Shown here: positions 1-16,500 of the stretch, in pieces | Layout: each line of letters starts with the position of its first letter | How positions within the stretch are numbered: the first letter of the stretch is position 1 | Assembly (NCBI RefSeq): GCF_009914755.1 | Contig: NC_060929.1 | From: the human T2T-CHM13v2.0 reference genome, Homo sapiens | DNA length: 64,000 bases | Reading direction: 5' to 3' (one strand) | Notes under the pieces: model-generated | Told to the model about the DNA's origin: nothing | Database searches by the model: none | What the model saw: the letters and a program-made list of their open reading frames with translations, nothing else | Made by a program: the position numbers and the translations under genes

Positions 1-489
1 TGCTCACATTTTTATCAGTCTTTAAACAACTTCATCCTAATGTTTATTTTCAGACATAGAGAAATGAAGGCCATGTAAAATTTCTAAATTTTCAATTTTA
101 CTATAGCTTGGAAGGTGTACCCCTTTGCAATCTGATAAATAGAAATACGCATGATGACAAAGCATACTTCCACTGAGACAATAAAATATGTAGGCCATGA
201 TATCTGAAGTCAAATGACATAGCCTCCAGTCCCCAGTTTCCCCTGTATTAAAGACGGCTGTTTACATCTCATCAAGTAGCTAAACATCAAGCACATATAG
301 ATACTCTGATCAAAAGATCATCTCTGTTTTTGGTGATGAACCACCAAAGATACTAGGGATCCATTGCAAGCACACACATTCCAAGTCAAACAAAAGAAAA
401 CCCAAGAAAAGCCAACCCTTTAATAGTCAGTGACATAAATGCAACATGACGTGAAATAAATTACAGTACCAGGTTACAAAACCTCTTTA

Positions 490-915
<426 letters not shown>

Positions 916-3444
916 TCATATTTGAACCAATACATTCAATGTTATCCAGTCAAATGATAATTAGCATGCCTAAGAGACAAACCTTTCAGGTATGGGGGGA
1001 ATGCATCTGTTGTGTGTATATCGCTTACCTACATCCAACAGAAGGTGTGTTCAGCTGCAATATAAACTTTGTGCATAAGAAGGAGGCATGGGAAGTTAAT
1101 TCTTCATTTTCAAGTTGAGAAGATTCAGAATGTGTTCCGGTAATGTTATATTAACTTTATTAAAGATGTAAAATGAATTCAGTAATGTAATTAGTAATGT
1201 AGTTAATTTTCTTGAATCAAAGAAAATAAGAAGAAATGAGAGGGAGTGTATGCATGGGGGTGGAGGTGAGAAGAGGTGGGGTTCACATCTCCATAATTAG
1301 CACCAGAACATTCAATCCATGACTGCTCTAGTTTTTGTAAAGTAACTCCCGAAAGATTTTTATATGCCTCTTTTTCAAGTGAAGCTGTCACAGAAACAAA
1401 CACATTTGGTGAAGGGAGAATAAGGCCAAAACCAACCCAACTGCAAGGCAGACAAAATAAGGAGCTGACTTAGCTTTTCTGAAAGTATTTGCATCTTCTC
1501 AATGTGTCTAAATTGTTTTGAGAAGATTTTACACTAGTTACTAAAATCAGTTTGACTATTTTGAAACTGAATTTCAATTTTTTGTTTCCCTCTTGGATTC
1601 TTTTTAGATCCTTTCATGTCATTATTTTTATCTGGTTCTCAAAATATATTTGACATCTAAGGTTTGGTTGATAGATACAATGAAAATAGCATCTTTCATT
1701 TCAGTAGAATATGACCAGTTATTAACTGCTTTAGACTGCTAGTCATGATCAACAGCAGACAGCCCACTTGCTTTCTGGTGCTGTAGAACAGACTTCATAT
1801 CCAAAATACAGCCAGTGGCTAGATAGGACCATTTATGACATGGGTGCTCTATGGGAATTAGGTTCTAATTATCAATTATACATCTCTGACTTCCTAACCA
1901 TTTCTTAGTGAACAATGATAGAGCTTATTTTATCCTCTTTTACATTAGGGGACATATACCAAATCAGACACAAAGGACATTATGTCATGCTGAGAAAATA
2001 ATTATTAAAAGAGGTAAGGAAATTGTGTCGAAATGATGAAAATCTGCAAAGTGAATGGGAGGAATACACTCTAATACCGAGGATTGACTTAAGAGTTCAG
2101 GGCTCTTCTTTCCCAGTGAACTTTCAAGACTTCATCTTAGAATTACAAAAATTTAGGAAATTAGGTTCCGTGACATGACAAAAATGACAAAAATATTTAA
2201 GAGAAACTTTATAAACAAAAAGTGCATATATTCCCAGAGGGACAATATTTTGAAATAACGAAGGTTGTCCTGATGTGTTAAGTCTCAAAATAATCAGATT
2301 AGGCTAATAAACATTAACTGCACAATCAGAAAATCCGCTTTATGTCCTTATGCAAGTCCTTGAGGATTTATCGTTTCTCCAAAGTATTACCAGCATGTGT
2401 AATTAAAATCCACATTTTAAAATTTATGCATAATGTGCCTTATATTATGCTGAAAGGGGTTTAAAACAGGCAAGTCATAAACTTGCTCTTGGATGAACAA
2501 ATGTACAGAGGTAAACAAAATTTCATTTTCTACAAGTTGTGATAAGCTAGCCAGAAAATCAAGGGCAAAAAAAAAAAAAAAAGAAAAAAGAAAACTAAGT
2601 ACATCTGGCATTTTTCATAGATGTGCATTTTTTTCCATTCAGAAAACTAAGTATCAACATTTAATCTTGCTGAAAATGGTTTTCAGGAAAGAAATAGTTT
2701 TCTATGCAAAATCATTTGCTATTAATGTATTCAATACAATGATTAAAGTGTCAGAGATCAGGAAATAATATTGAAATCTAAAGAAGTCTTTTTGTTAAGA
2801 AAACAACAGAGTAGGTAAGGAGAACAATTTGACTACCCACACAAAAAACTCTCAAAGGACCATGAATTAAAAGAAAATATAACAAGAAAGAGTTTAAGAA
2901 AAACTCTGCCAAGCAGCAGACAATAAATTATAAATCATGTAAGAGGGACTGGTTCAAAATGTGAAAATAGGGTGGGAAATTCAATTAATTAAGCAGAAAC
3001 AGGAAGGCAACATCTTGGTATGTATGCAGGAAGAAAAGGTAGAAAAAAGTTTATGAATGTTATTGGGTTCCTATTTATATTTCACTTTAGAGCCTTTCAG
3101 GGAAATGTCCTGGAGCTCTTTTAGAGCTTGGTTTCTAAAGGTGGAGAACTGGTTCCTGTCCTGGCCTTTTGGTCAGTTCTTGGCACTGGACAGATTTACC
3201 GAGCTCTCCAAGCTCCAGTTTCAGTGTTATTGAAGAGAAAAAATGGCTTCATGGGATCATTGTTTAATTTCAACCCAGGAAAAGTGTTAAATAACTCATA
3301 TGGAGAAAATATTAAACAAATAAATTATTAATATTATTACCATTAATGATGTTGAAATCAACCGACAGTAGGAAAGGGGATTGTACACTTGGCATTGGGG
3401 AGAAAGGCCCTTTCACTGGGTGTCAGACTATATAGCTCCTTTTG

Positions 3445-3650
3445 AGTGCTGGGCTCTGTTGTAAGTGCTTTATTTGTATAAATTCATGTTTTCTCCAACA
3501 GTCCTATAAGAGAGTATACACATCATTTTCACCTTACAGACAGGAAACTGAGGCTCAGAGAGATTAAGAAACTAGCCGGCAGTCAGCTGATATTAATAAA
3601 AAAGGAATTGAAGTCCTCGGAGTTGGTTTCTAGAGTTCATGCTCATAGAC
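3445..3650 (-). mobile_element. MIR SINE fragment
   Basis: Contains the reverse-complement MIR core 'ttacagacaggaaactgaggctcagagagattaag'. Confidence 0.75.
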
Positions 3651-3758
3651 ACCATGGCTACCAGGGCAGGTTTAAAACCTCAAAGCTATAGATTATTGAA
3701 TTACCTAATACGGTCAGAAAACTTAGAAAAACGGTGAGGCCTGAAACGAAAGGAAATG

Positions 3759-4403
<645 letters not shown>

Positions 4404-6546
4404 ATTAAATTGAATTTATTGAGACATGCAAAAAAGTACAAAAATTATGCCAAATAAACCTAACTTTGTTCATTCCTTGGAAAATAAAAAATATATATAT
4501 AATTATCTTAATTTTATTTTAAACTGTTTTACATTTTAGTTTAACCAGTGATATCACTACTATGAAAAGAGGCTGGGATATGAAATCTAAGATGAGAAAC
4601 AACTTTCAAAAAGATTATATATTTAAAAAAATCACAATCATGTGTAGTTTCAGCCTTGTCAAATGGTCTTTTAGAACTGTCATTCCCAAATCCATGCTTT
4701 AAACTTCTTTTAGGTCATAATAAATAAAACAGCTGATGAAAATTTCAAAATATAAAACCTCAAGCCAAATTGGTGCTGTTATAGTAAAATAAGTTAGAGG
4801 CTAATCAATGCAATGAAAATAATGTAAAATACCAGTACAAATGGACAGAAAAACACACTGTATTAAAGGACAGGTTATATAATCATACAGAAGAAAATGT
4901 ATGAGAATCTAATGGATCTCAAACCAACCATTAGTAATGTAACAATGTAATACCTTACTTTGTAAAAGTATATATGTGAAAACAATTACTTTAAATGAAT
5001 GAAAATCATTAAAGATCTAATATGTAGAGAATATTAAATAAATGAGCTATTATTATTACCATTAAGAATTTTGAAATCAATCAATATTAGAAAATGGAAA
5101 AGTGCGTATGGCATTGAGTAAAATGACATAAAGATTCAGGGTCCAAGTCTCCCATCTGGCCCCAACTATTTAGACATTGATGTGGCTTATGCAATCCTTG
5201 GCTCTCCATTAGTATGGATAAATTAATATCAGTCACACTATTAAAAGACTTTCCTTTAATACATTTTTTTCCCTTAATTTCTGGACTGTTGAACACTTTT
5301 CTTTATTTGCGTTTTAAAGCTCAGTTGACCAAATCATTCTCCTTGTAGGATTACTCTATCCAATTGAACCCACTCAGGGCAAACACTGGAGAGGGAAGGT
5401 GCTTCATCAACTCTGTAAACACACTCCTCTCTCGTCTCACCTGCTCTACAAACAGCCCCTTTTCCCCTCAATAAGCTCTTAGAATTCAATGAACTGTATC
5501 ACTGGTCTCTTCGGGAGATATAACAAATAGCCACTTCAGCAGCTGACGTGATACTTCAATAGATACCTACGCTTTCATGAAATTATCTGTTTTCTGCAGA
5601 GCTGCACAAATAAGGGCCTAGTTTATAAAGGAAAAATAAAGAGATGTTTTACGTTTATGTGCTGTATTTGTTTGAAAAAGGGGAAGAGGCATCCTTTTTA
5701 ATAAAGTGAAATATTCTGCTTTATGATAGATAATTGCAAGCATTATTTACTGACAATGGAAAAAAGGAGAACAGAATAAAATACAAGAATCTGGGCACAC
5801 AGTTACAGAAACTTGGTGGGGGGAAATACAAGGTAATGTTCAATAAAGAGGAAGAAAAAAAGCACTACTTTTTGGATTATTTGTCTTTAAGTATATCTGC
5901 ATATACAGATAAATATGAAAACATTAAGCACATTTACATGTTATGTAAATACAAAATAAGCATATAATAAAGTAATTAAAGAATGTCCCTCTGAAAGTTC
6001 AGAAAACAAAAATAGATGAGGTGACAATGGGTCCAAGAAAATGGCCTACATACTTGGAATTCAACTCAGTTTCTTTAGGGATAGGGAAACTCTAGCACCC
6101 AATCTGGCATATATCCAAGAGTGTCATCATTAATAACTGAACTATAAACATTTTGCAATTTTCTGTACTCAGCACAAGTTGATCCATCTAAATTCAATGG
6201 AAAAATACTCAAGGGTAAATTTGAACATACAAAATTTAAAATAATTGCATACATTACTATCTTTGTGGGGAGAGGCATTTAATGCATGATTCTTAGTAGT
6301 AATGGAATAATTGTCATTGGTGTTGACCTTGTTTTCCCTGCTTTTATTGGAAAAGAAGACACTGAAAACACCAGAACAGGCCAAACATGCCTATCACATT
6401 GGTTCTCAAACTGAATGTGGGATCATGTGTATGAATATATCATAGATATATTTGAAAGCGAATATGATGTAAAACCCTATCCTTAAATAGCTCTCATAGT
6501 TTCCTTCTTGTTATAACCTTGAAAAAATTTAAAAATGCAAGCTCTT

Positions 6547-6695
6547 CATCTGGATAAATGGCTAATACATGCAGGGTTTAATACCTAGGTGATGGGTTGA
6601 TGGGTGCAGCAAACCACCATGGCACACATTTATCTACGTAACAAACCTGCATGTCCTGAACATGTATCCTGAAACTTAAACAACAACAAAAAAAA
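6547..6695 (+). mobile_element. L1PA (older primate, ~PA13-16-like) 3' terminal fragment
   Basis: gctaatacatgcagggtttaatacctaggtgatgggttgatgggtgcagcaaaccaccatggcacac...gaaacttaaa plus an A-rich tail matches the L1PA 3' UTR end. Confidence 0.88.
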
Positions 6696-7249
6696 TTCAA
6701 GATGAGATATAAGGTACTACGGTCATGTTGAAACTTTGAATAACATTTTTGTGATGGTGGTGACTATACTTATCTTAACCAATAGCATTGTAATGAGCAG
6801 ATAGATTTCTATGTAAGTACAATTTTTAAAAATGCAAGCTCCTCATTAGGTCTTCATGATATAAATTAGCGGGAAAAAAACAACAAATGATTAACACAAA
6901 GGATCCTGCTCATTCATTGGCAATAGCTACTACTATTTCTAAGAATGTTATGGCGATATACAGCATAATGGACTTCAGCAGGTTTCTAGAACTTGGTATA
7001 AAAATTAAAAATGTAAATAAGCGAATTAATAAAAAAGGAAAGAAAAATAATCCCATGTTTAATCCTACATATGTATGTATTTATATCTATTTAAATGTAC
7101 ATTTAGCACTGTGCGTTTTAGTTGTCCTCTAATTTATAGTGTGTGTAACTGGAGTCACGATGAATGATGAAGAGGATGATACACAGTCTTTTTTTTTTTT
7201 TTTTTTTAACCATTCCAAGCACGTTTTCAGCCATCAATGGGAAAGGATA

Positions 7250-7480
7250 AAAATAAATGCTACATGTATTTGGAGCTTCCCATTGTGCCAACTACCATAT
7301 TAGGGGCTTCTTCACATGATCTCATTTAATGCTCACAACAGCCTACATGGCAGGTACTACTATCATTAACATCATCCTCATTAGGTCACAGAAGAGCAGT
7401 GACAGGACGGTGGGCAGGACTGGGACTGAAATGTAGCAGTGGACTCCAGGGTCTGCGTGTTTTACCCCCTCTCCTCCACT
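7250..7480 (-). mobile_element. MIR fragment
   Basis: 'atgatctcatttaatgctcacaacagcctacatggcaggtactactatcatt' is the reverse-complement MIR 3' part. Confidence 0.7.
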
Positions 7481-7647
7481 GTTCGGCACTAGAGGTGAGG
7501 GCAGGCCTGGTTAATAAAACCTACACATTTTGAAGTGCAATATGTTTGGCAGAAATGCCAGAAAAAGACTAAAATTTAATGTGATATAGAGTGTCACTGC
7601 TTAAATCCCTATTACCTAGATAATTGGCTCCATCATAATATTCCTAG

Positions 7648-7942
<295 letters not shown>

Positions 7943-8729
7943 CATTGTATTATCATTTTCTTTGGCTTCTTCTTCAGAAAGAAATGCAGAAGAATCTCCT
8001 TCAATTGAAGACAGAAAGGGATTAGGGGAAGGTCAATGAATAGAATTTTCCATAAAAATGGAAATAGGATGGTTGGGTGGAGAATGCTAATGTATCCACA
8101 GTGGACTTATTTCTTTACCTTGAGTAAGATGAGGGGACCGAGCAAACTCATCACAGGACAAGAGAGAGGCAGGCCAGAAGGAGAGGCTGCATGGGGCAAC
8201 CTGAGCAGGTTTCCTACCTGCCAATCTCTAGAGAGCCAGATGAGAAGAGATGCATTATTCATGTGGTTTCACACGAGGCTCAACAATGTGGTGATAGAGC
8301 TGGTTTTGCTCCCAAACATGAGCTAGTTTGGTGAGAACAGAATTAGCTGTGGAAAAAATCTTCTCTGCCATCTTAAGCACTAAATGATTTTACATCAAGT
8401 ACTTGGCAATATGTGGTTATGGCATAAAAGGTATATTATATTCTTTATGCATCCAAATGTCCACTGCTGAATAAGAGGCTCAAAAAGAAACTCCAAGGAA
8501 GCTTAAGTGTTCAAACAAAATACCTTAGCTGGCTAAGGGCCTTAAATTAGGGATATAGCTTGGAACCTGGTGGATTTAAAACCACAGGTGCTGTGACCCT
8601 TTTTATTTTGTAAAAATAAGCATTTCCATGTCAAGCGTATTCCATGCTGATCTTGATCTATTCATTTGTCTATACACTTGCAACATTTCTGAGAACATTT
8701 CCACGAACAGTCATATAAATAAATTTTAG

Positions 8730-11700
8730 AATAAAGAAAATTATTATTAGACCTAAAGGAAGAGATAGACTATAGAACAGTAGGGAACTTCAACCCCCCT
8801 TTAAGTGTGGACAAATTATCCAGACAGAAATCAATAAGGAAACATCAGACTTAAACTACGCTCCAGACCAAAGGGACCTAACAGACATTTATAGAACATT
8901 CCATCCAACAGCTTCAGAATACACATTCTTCTAAACTGCACATGGAACATTCTCCAGGATAGATCATATGTGGCCACAAACAAGTCTTAACAAATTTAAG
9001 AAGACAGAGTCAACATCAAGTATCTTTTCTGACAAAAATGCTATTGAATTAGAAATCAACAAGAAAAACTTTGGAAACTTTACAAATACATGGAAATTAA
9101 CATGCTCCTGAACCAATCAATCAACAATTTAATGAAATTAAACGGCAAATTAAAAATTTCCTTGTGACAAATGAGGATGGAAACACATCCTACCAAAACC
9201 TATGGGACACAACAAAAGCAGTTATAAGAAGGAGTTTATAGCAATAAACACCTATATCCAAAAAGAAGAAAGATTTCTAATAAACAACCTAAAGGTGTAC
9301 TTCAAGGAACTACAAAAACAAAAACAACCTAAACTCAAAATTGGTAGAAAGAAGAAAACAATAAAGGTGTGTTTATTTTTTCAAAATTCTCAACAAGATA
9401 CTAGAAATGCAACAGCACATTAAAAAGATCGTTCACTATGATCAAATAGGATTCATCCCAGGGATGCAAGAATTATTTAATACATGTAAATAAATAAATG
9501 TGATATATCACATTAACAGAACCAAGGATAAAAACCATATAATCATTTCAATAGATTCTGCAAATAAGTTGATAAAATTCAACATCCCTGCATGATAAAA
9601 CAAAAAAAAACTCTCAACAAATTAGGTATAGAAAGTGTGTACCACAACACAATAAATTTAAGCCATACATGACAAACCCACAGCTCCACAGCTAATATCA
9701 TACTGAACAAGGGAAAGCTAATAGCTTTTACTCTAAGGTCAGGAACAAGACAAGGATGCCCACTTTCACCACTTCTATTCAACATAGTACTGGAAGTCCT
9801 AGTCAGAGTGATTAGGCAAGAAACAAAAACAAAAGGCATTGAAATTGGAAAGGAGAAAGTCAAATTGTCTCTGTTTGCAGATGGCATGATCATATAAATG
9901 GGCAGCCCTAAAGACTCCACACACAAAACAAAGCCTGTTAGAATTAATAAATGAATTCAATAATACTGCAGGACACCAAATCAACACACAAAAATCTGTA
10001 GCATTTCTATACACTATCTGTACAGAAATATACTAGCTGAAAAATCAGGAAAATAATTCTATTTATAATATTAATAGCTACAAAAATTAGATATGTAGAA
10101 ATAAACTTAACCGAGGAGATAAAAGGCCTTTACACTGAAAACTATAAAACTTCAATTAAAGAAATAGAAGAGGACACAAATAAATGAAAATACATCTCAT
10201 GCTCATGGGTTATAATAATTAGTACTGTTAAAATGGCCACACTACACAAAGTGATCTACAGATTTACTACAATCCCTACCAAAATACCAATGATATTCTT
10301 CACAGAAATAGAAAACCTATACTAAAATTGGTATGAAACAAACAAAAAAAGGCCCTTAAGAGCCAAAGCAATCTTGAGCAAACAGAACAAAACTGAAGGC
10401 ATCACACTATGTGACTTCAAAATATATGACAAAGCTACAGTAACCAAAACAGCACAGCACTAGCAGAAAAACAGACACTAGACTAATGGAAGAGAATAGA
10501 GAGTCCAGAAATAAATTCATGCACCTAGAGCCAACTTATTTTCAACAAAGGTACCAAGAACTTACACTGGGGAAAAGATGGTCTTTTCAACAGATAATGC
10601 TGAGAAAACTGATATCCACATGCAGAGAATGAGACTAGACTCCTAATTCTCAGCATATACAAAAATCGACTCAAAATGGGTTAAAGACTTAAATGTAAAA
10701 CCAGAAACTTTGAAACAACTAGAAGAAAACATAGGTAAAATGCTTCACAATATTGGGCTGGGCAAGAATTTTTAAAATAAGACCTCAAATGCACAGGTAG
10801 CAAAACCAAAAATAGACGAATTAATACTAATATTAATAGGCAAACTATTAATAGACTGAGAAGACAATCTATAGAATGCGAGAAGATATTTAAAAATGAT
10901 ACATCTGACAAGTGGTTAACATCCAGAATATATAAGAAACTGCAACAACTCAACAGCAAAAAAAAAAAAGTTCCGATTTTAAAATGTGCAAAAGACCTTA
11001 CTTGACATTTCTCAATACAAGACATACAAATGACCAACAGGTATATAAAAAAAATGCTAAACATAACTAATCATCAGGGAAATGTGAATCAAAACCACAG
11101 TGAGATACTACCTCACTCCAGTTAGAATGGCTATTGTCAAAAAGAAAAAGAAAAGTGTTGGCAAGGATGTGGAGAAAAGGGTGCACTTATATACTGCTCA
11201 TGGTATTATAAACTAGTTAAGCCATTATGGAAAACAATATGTTGGTTCCTCAAAAAATTAAAAATAGAGTTACCATGTGATCCAGCAATCTCACTCCTAG
11301 GTATATACCCAAAGAAAATTAAATCAGCATGTTAAAGAGATACCTGTACACTCACATGTTTATTGTAGCACTATTTACAATAACCAAGATAGGGAATCAA
11401 CCTATGTGTCCAACAATGGGTGAATGGATAGAGAAAATGTAACACATATACAAAACAGAATACTATTCAGACATTTAAGAAAAATGAAATCCTGCCATTT
11501 GTGATAACATGGATGAGCCTGGAGGTATCATGCTAAGTAAACTAATCCAGGCACAGAAAGACAAATACCACAGGATCTCACTCAAACATGGAATCTAAAA
11601 AAGAAGCTGATATCATAGAAGCAGAGAGTAGAATAGTGGTTACCAGAGACTAGGGAGGGGAGGAGGATGAACAGGGGAGAGAATGGCCAATGGGTACAAA

Positions 11701-11975
11701 GTTACGATGAGATAGGAAAAGTGAATTCTGGTGTTCTATTGCATAGTAGGGTGACTATAGTTAACAGTAAAATATTGTATATTACAAAATAGCTAGAAGA
11801 GAGGCTTTTGAATGTTCTCACCACAAAGACATGACAAACGCATGTGGTGATGGATACACACACTGCCCTGACTGGATCATTAGTATACAGCATACACATG
11901 TATCAAAACATCCAATTGTATCCCATGAACATGTACATGTGTAATTACAATGTGTCAACTAAAAAATTAAATAAG
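8730..11975 (+). mobile_element. L1MA-class LINE, 5'-truncated (degenerate ORF2 plus 3' UTR), antisense to CTNND2
   Basis: Recognisable EN remnant (gaatacacattcttc...catggaacattctccaggatagatcata), RT remnant (acaaggatgcccactttcacc; ctgtttgcagatggcatgat) and an L1MA-type 3' UTR (gggtgactatagttaac...tagctagaagagagg...tctcaccacaaag). Many stops and frameshifts. Confidence 0.93.
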
Positions 11976-13751
11976 TAATTTTTTAAAATTTGAGAGCTTT
12001 TTCTATTATAATTTTAAGTGATAGAGCATGTCTGGTGTTGAGGGCAGAATCTGCTAATGTGTAATTATGGTTCCATAGTGCTGTATCTTCGGGTAATGTC
12101 TTAATTATTCTTAAGTTCCAACTTTTGGTATTATATTATATGAAGCCCCATTCAATGTGCCGTTGAAATCTCATACTTGGCTTCTATTCTTTTCAACATT
12201 GCTATGCTTAATGATGTAATTCCACGTATGAGGTGACACATCTTCCAGTAATTGGGGTGCATCATCCAGGTCAAGGCCAGCTGTGTAATTTTCAGTATGT
12301 GTATCCCTAGTTGACATGACATTAATAAACATGGTTTCATGATCTATTTGTACAAAAGTATGACAGTTATGATATTTTTGAATTTTACCAATAAACTGTT
12401 CTCCCATCAAACACTCTGTCTTCCTTCAACTAAACAATTAGACTTCTTATTTATACCTTTTTAAGTGAATCCACACAGGTAAGCATCTGAAAGTTCTCTT
12501 TGGTTCTAAGATGACATTTATCGTTGGGTTGATATAAAATTTCTAACTGGGTAACAACAGGCATTTAACTTTTTAGCCTAAGAAAAGTGAAAATTTTAAC
12601 TAATAGGTTATAGAGAATCTTATTTGACTTGCTCCAATAGGAAGCACTTGATTTAAAAATTTTAAGTAACAGCTCTTAATAAGTAATAAACTGCTGATAA
12701 TTCACATCTTTGTGAACTCAAATAATTTTAATTAAAATATTTTTGATACTGGACTATTATTTATATCACAATGAATAACAGTAATAAGATTTTATGAATA
12801 TGCAGGTCCTATGTAATCCCTCTATCGCTTCATTAAACACTGGCTATTCTTGCAGAGGATTACGTTTTTTTTAGAGACTATTTTCTCTACATGTGTAACT
12901 ATTTTCACCACATTCTTTTTTCTTTTTATGTTGCAGTACTTGTCATCTTCATGAAGATATTTAGCAAGTTTGCTCCTTGCAACATATCTATGATAATTCT
13001 TTCTTTATTACAAGCTGACACATACATCACAGAAAGCTTGTTTTCAACACTCAGTTTGAATAGCATTTATCCAAAAGAAAATCCATCTGACTATCATCAC
13101 AGCAGACGTTGGCCATTTCTACTGGTTTATAAAAATGTGTTTAAGGGGTTGTCAGAGTCAAGTGTTTGTGTTGGTCAAATAACTCCTAAATTGACAGTCA
13201 TTCATACATTTGAGTTTGAAATAAAAATTCATGTTATTTATTTCTGCTTAATAGACTTTACCACAAGCAAATTCATGAGGCCCACACATTCCTTGTTTCA
13301 CTGTACTCCTTATTTTATAAGCTCTGGTTTTGACAAGCCTCATCTCACATGAAATGTATATTTTATCTAAATAGACACCTTAGTTAAAATTGTATCTCTT
13401 TACATTTTCATCATGCAAGAGGTATAAATGCCCAAATATTAGGGGGATGGTCATGTAAAAGTAAGTCTGTCATTTCTGCTGCAGTTCACACAATTCTGCC
13501 TCCTCATCTAGGGAAAGGACACTGGTGGCCTTCCTCTCTGTTATACTACCCGCCTCCCCCTGTTAATGGTCCTGCAAGAAAGATGTGGCTGTCATGTCTG
13601 GTGATGGGTACTCTCCGGGAGCTCTGTTGACCAGGGACCACTCTGTGGCACAAAGTGACCCTTTCACCTTTTCCTAGGCTGCCAGATCTCTGGAGCCACC
13701 ATGCTGGCTCTGTCTCCCTCTTGGAGTCCTCGGGCAGGTGGGCACTGCTGT

Positions 13752-13807
13752 ACTTTCTATCTGCCTCCCTGTTCAAAGCACTTTCTATCTGTCTCTCTAT
13801 TCAAAGC
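13752..13807. repeat. 28-bp tandem duplication (2 copies, 3 mismatches)
   Basis: actttctatctgcctccctgttcaaagc / actttctatctgtctctctattcaaagc. Confidence 0.85.
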
Positions 13808-15138
13808 CTGGGGCCAGGGATGCAGGCATTGCTGTCCCCAGAGCCCATACCCTTCTGCTGGGCCTAGTAGGGGACAAAGGTCTTTGGCTCTTATCTTGCA
13901 ATGGCTGGCAGACGTAGGTCTGGGGCAGGAGGATGGAGAACCCCTTTAGACCATGTTCTCTAACACAGCCTTGGGTGATGGCATGCCTGTTCAGCTTCAT
14001 GAAATCCTATTGTCAATAGTGAAATTTGTTTCTGTCACCATCCACAAGCCTGGAGTAGAGGAGAGGTGAGGAGTAGGACTTGGGTACCCTGCTCCTTGGA
14101 CATTACATAGATGTTCCTATATGCATGCTCAGGAGGTCTCTAACATTATGGCTAGGTAGCTTTTTGGGTTAGGAAAGCCTGGAGGACCTGTTTGATTACA
14201 AAAAGGTAGACAGTAGTGCGCATCTGAGTTGGTACCCAAGATTTAAATTAGTCTTCATAATAAAGTAACAGGCATGGATGGATTACTTATGACAGCTAAG
14301 AAGAAAAGAGAGATGAAGAAGGAAGGTCTAGAGGAGAGATAGGAAAAGATGGTGGTAGGTGGAGTCTAAGGGGAAAAGCTAATTGAGAAATCCTCTTTGG
14401 TGGGAAAGTTAAGAGATCTAACATATCTTATCTTCAATGTCTGAAGTTTTTTTTCTGGTCTTCTCTGTGCAGTTATCTCCCTGACTATCTCTCAGCCCTA
14501 GAATGGTCTCTTACTCATGTTAGCCTTAGTGGTGTTTTGAGTAAGGAAAGCCCAGGGGTGAGGTCAGCATGGGGCAGAGCAGGGCAGAAAGAGTAGAGTG
14601 GCCACTAGAGCCAGAGTCATGCCCATGAACCCGAGCTGGTAGAGCGTACAGCTGTAGCACCGAATGAGGAGTGATCACACTCACACCTTCCCTTGGTGTG
14701 ATTCCATCCAAATCCACACCTTTCCATGCCCCAACTTGCTACCCACAAAAGAGAGGAAGGCCACTTTAGTAGGGACATGAGCAGGAGAGTGAAGGGCAAC
14801 TCAATCCCTCATTTCAATGTCTTCAGGTTTTTTTTGGAATATGCATGTAGCCTATATGATATTACCTTCCAATACCGGTTAATTTTTCAGATGTTTATGT
14901 CTTTCTTTGAAACAAAATTGAACATGCTTAAGGACAAGGAGTAGATTTTAAGCCTCTTTGAATCCGCCAGTACATCTAGCACACAGAGTATCTTAAACAG
15001 ATATTATTTAACAGGATATAGAAGACCATTAAGCTCCACAGATGAAAATAAATGTCTATCTATTTTGTTTTTAAATGATGATTTTTACCAATGCAGTCAA
15101 CGAAGCCCAGGATCTAGGGTAAGACTGCCTACGTATGA

Positions 15139-15581
<443 letters not shown>

Positions 15582-16263
15582 TGTGTGAAGGTTTAAAGAC
15601 TGGTTCCACACAACCCGTGTGACCTTCGCATATTACTCAACATCTCTGTGCCTCGGTTTTCTGATCCAAAAAGCAAGCACCGAGCATCATAACAGCATCT
15701 CCTTCCAAGGATTGTTCTGGTGGTTGGTAAAATACCCAAAGCATTTGGCACACTCCCTGGAAGAAGTTACAAGCTAGATGCTTCCCCACCAAAGGGGATT
15801 TCTCAGTTAGCTTCTCCTTTTAGGCTCCACCTACCACCATCTTTTTCTATCTTTCCTCCAGCCCTTTATTCTTCATCTTACCTTTGTTTATCTGGCCTCA
15901 CATGCTTGTTTCAATGACACCGTCTAATAATTCCCTAACTGTTGAGGCATGTCTACTTTTCTTCATTCCCAAGTGTTGACCCCTTGAAGGGAAGCAACTG
16001 GTCTTCGATCTTTCTGCCCCACTTCTCTTGCAGTATCATCTGGAAATGCCTTATGAATTGTACTGAAAGACCTCCACCTGGTGGTCTATTCTTAAGGGCA
16101 GAAAGATAAGACCAGTTGCTCGGGTGCCCTCAGCCACTCATCTGAGCTAAGAGCCAGAGACCATGAACATTTTCAGGCTGGTAGGCCTCATAAGAACCTG
16201 TCCTCTTCTTTCAAGGAGTTAGGGTGTCTGCTTTAGGCCTGCAAACCTCTTAGAGTTCTGTAT

Positions 16264-16500
16264 CAGTGGTCTCCAGGGTAGGGGTATGTACAACACAGAT
16301 GACCCCCACAAAGATATTGGGAAGCAAACTTAGAATTTTTTTTACGGCTACTGGATAACTATATTTAATCCTTACTTCTTTGTAATCTCCATTTTTATGG
16401 GTGTTATTCTAGACAGAATTTAATAATATTATATATGATGTCTTTAATATCTAAATAAAAAGACATATACACATATTAAAGGCATTTTCTCATACATGCA
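16264..16500 (+). mobile_element. hAT-Charlie relic (MER113-like)
   Basis: Starts cagtggtctccagggtaggggtatgtac... and continues ...attgggaagcaaacttagaatt; highly diverged. Confidence 0.4.

Noticed and set aside
9202-11899. Several 65-127 aa ORFs
   Set aside because: They are sense or antisense fragments of the decayed L1; no intact ORF2.
12891-13352. 153-aa plus-strand ORF (and 151-aa minus ORF 32151-32606)
   Set aside because: No recognisable family, composition typical of intronic DNA, and no supporting splice or promoter structure.
13460-14050. GC-elevated segment resembling an old LTR or a cryptic exon
   Set aside because: No confident consensus match and no convincing splice-site pair in frame with CTNND2.
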